A stretch of DNA of 64,000 bases from Octopus sinensis (taxonomy: Eukaryota). Each line of letters opens with the position of its first letter. Within the stretch, counting starts at the first letter, position 1. The notes beneath the pieces were generated by a model. The model was not told the origin of the DNA, searched no databases, and saw nothing but the letters and a program-made list of their open reading frames with translations. The position numbers and the translations under genes were made by a program. The stretch spans positions 7,688,001 to 7,752,000 of the forward strand of contig NC_043018.1 in NCBI RefSeq assembly GCF_006345805.1. The letters are read 5' to 3'. This document shows positions 63,821 to 64,000 of the stretch, one piece after another.

Positions 63821-64000
63821 ACATATATATATATACATATATACGACGGGCTTCTTTCAGTTTCCGTCTACCAAATCCACTCACAAGGCTTTGGTTGGCC
63901 CGAGGCTACAGGAGAAGACACTTGCCCAATTTGCCACGCAGTGGGACTGAACCCGGAACCATGTGGTTGGTAAACAAGCTACTTACCACACAGCCACTCC

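Noticed and set aside
54174-64000. Further 5' tankyrase exons (for example NYTPLHEAAIKGK), including the candidate stretch at 58660-58760
   Set aside because: No ankyrin-like peptide found by eye; 5' exons probably lie beyond the window. A tblastn would settle this

Overview
Repeat-rich animal genomic DNA, most likely a coleoid cephalopod (Octopus-like), judged from the tRNA-derived SINE families and RTE tails. No prokaryotic features and no CRISPR array. The only host gene I can support is a tankyrase (TNKS, ankyrin-repeat PARP) on the minus strand. I traced 14 consecutive GT-AG coding exons by hand from 54173 down to 1579 (1518 nt, about 506 codons, phases all compatible), covering the end of ankyrin repeat cluster ARC1 through ARC4 to the start of ARC5. 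The 5' exons and the SAM/PARP exons lie outside the window. The introns hold three or more SINE families, a 5'-truncated RTE LINE with a PHD-type finger inside its RT, many RTE 3' tails, CR1 fragments, mariner and maT (DD37D-like) fossils, several MITE families, an internally deleted Helitron with an open 400-codon PIF1 helicase frame, a tRNA-Asp pseudogene and two long GT/GA-derived satellites whose long ORFs are artefacts. Best leads: (1) two Penelope-type hammerhead ribozyme motifs in the sense orientation of the tankyrase pre-mRNA; (2) an Arg codon (AGA) at a normally Gly ankyrin position that one A-to-I edit would restore; (3) two apparent local templated insertions. All functional claims are untested inference.
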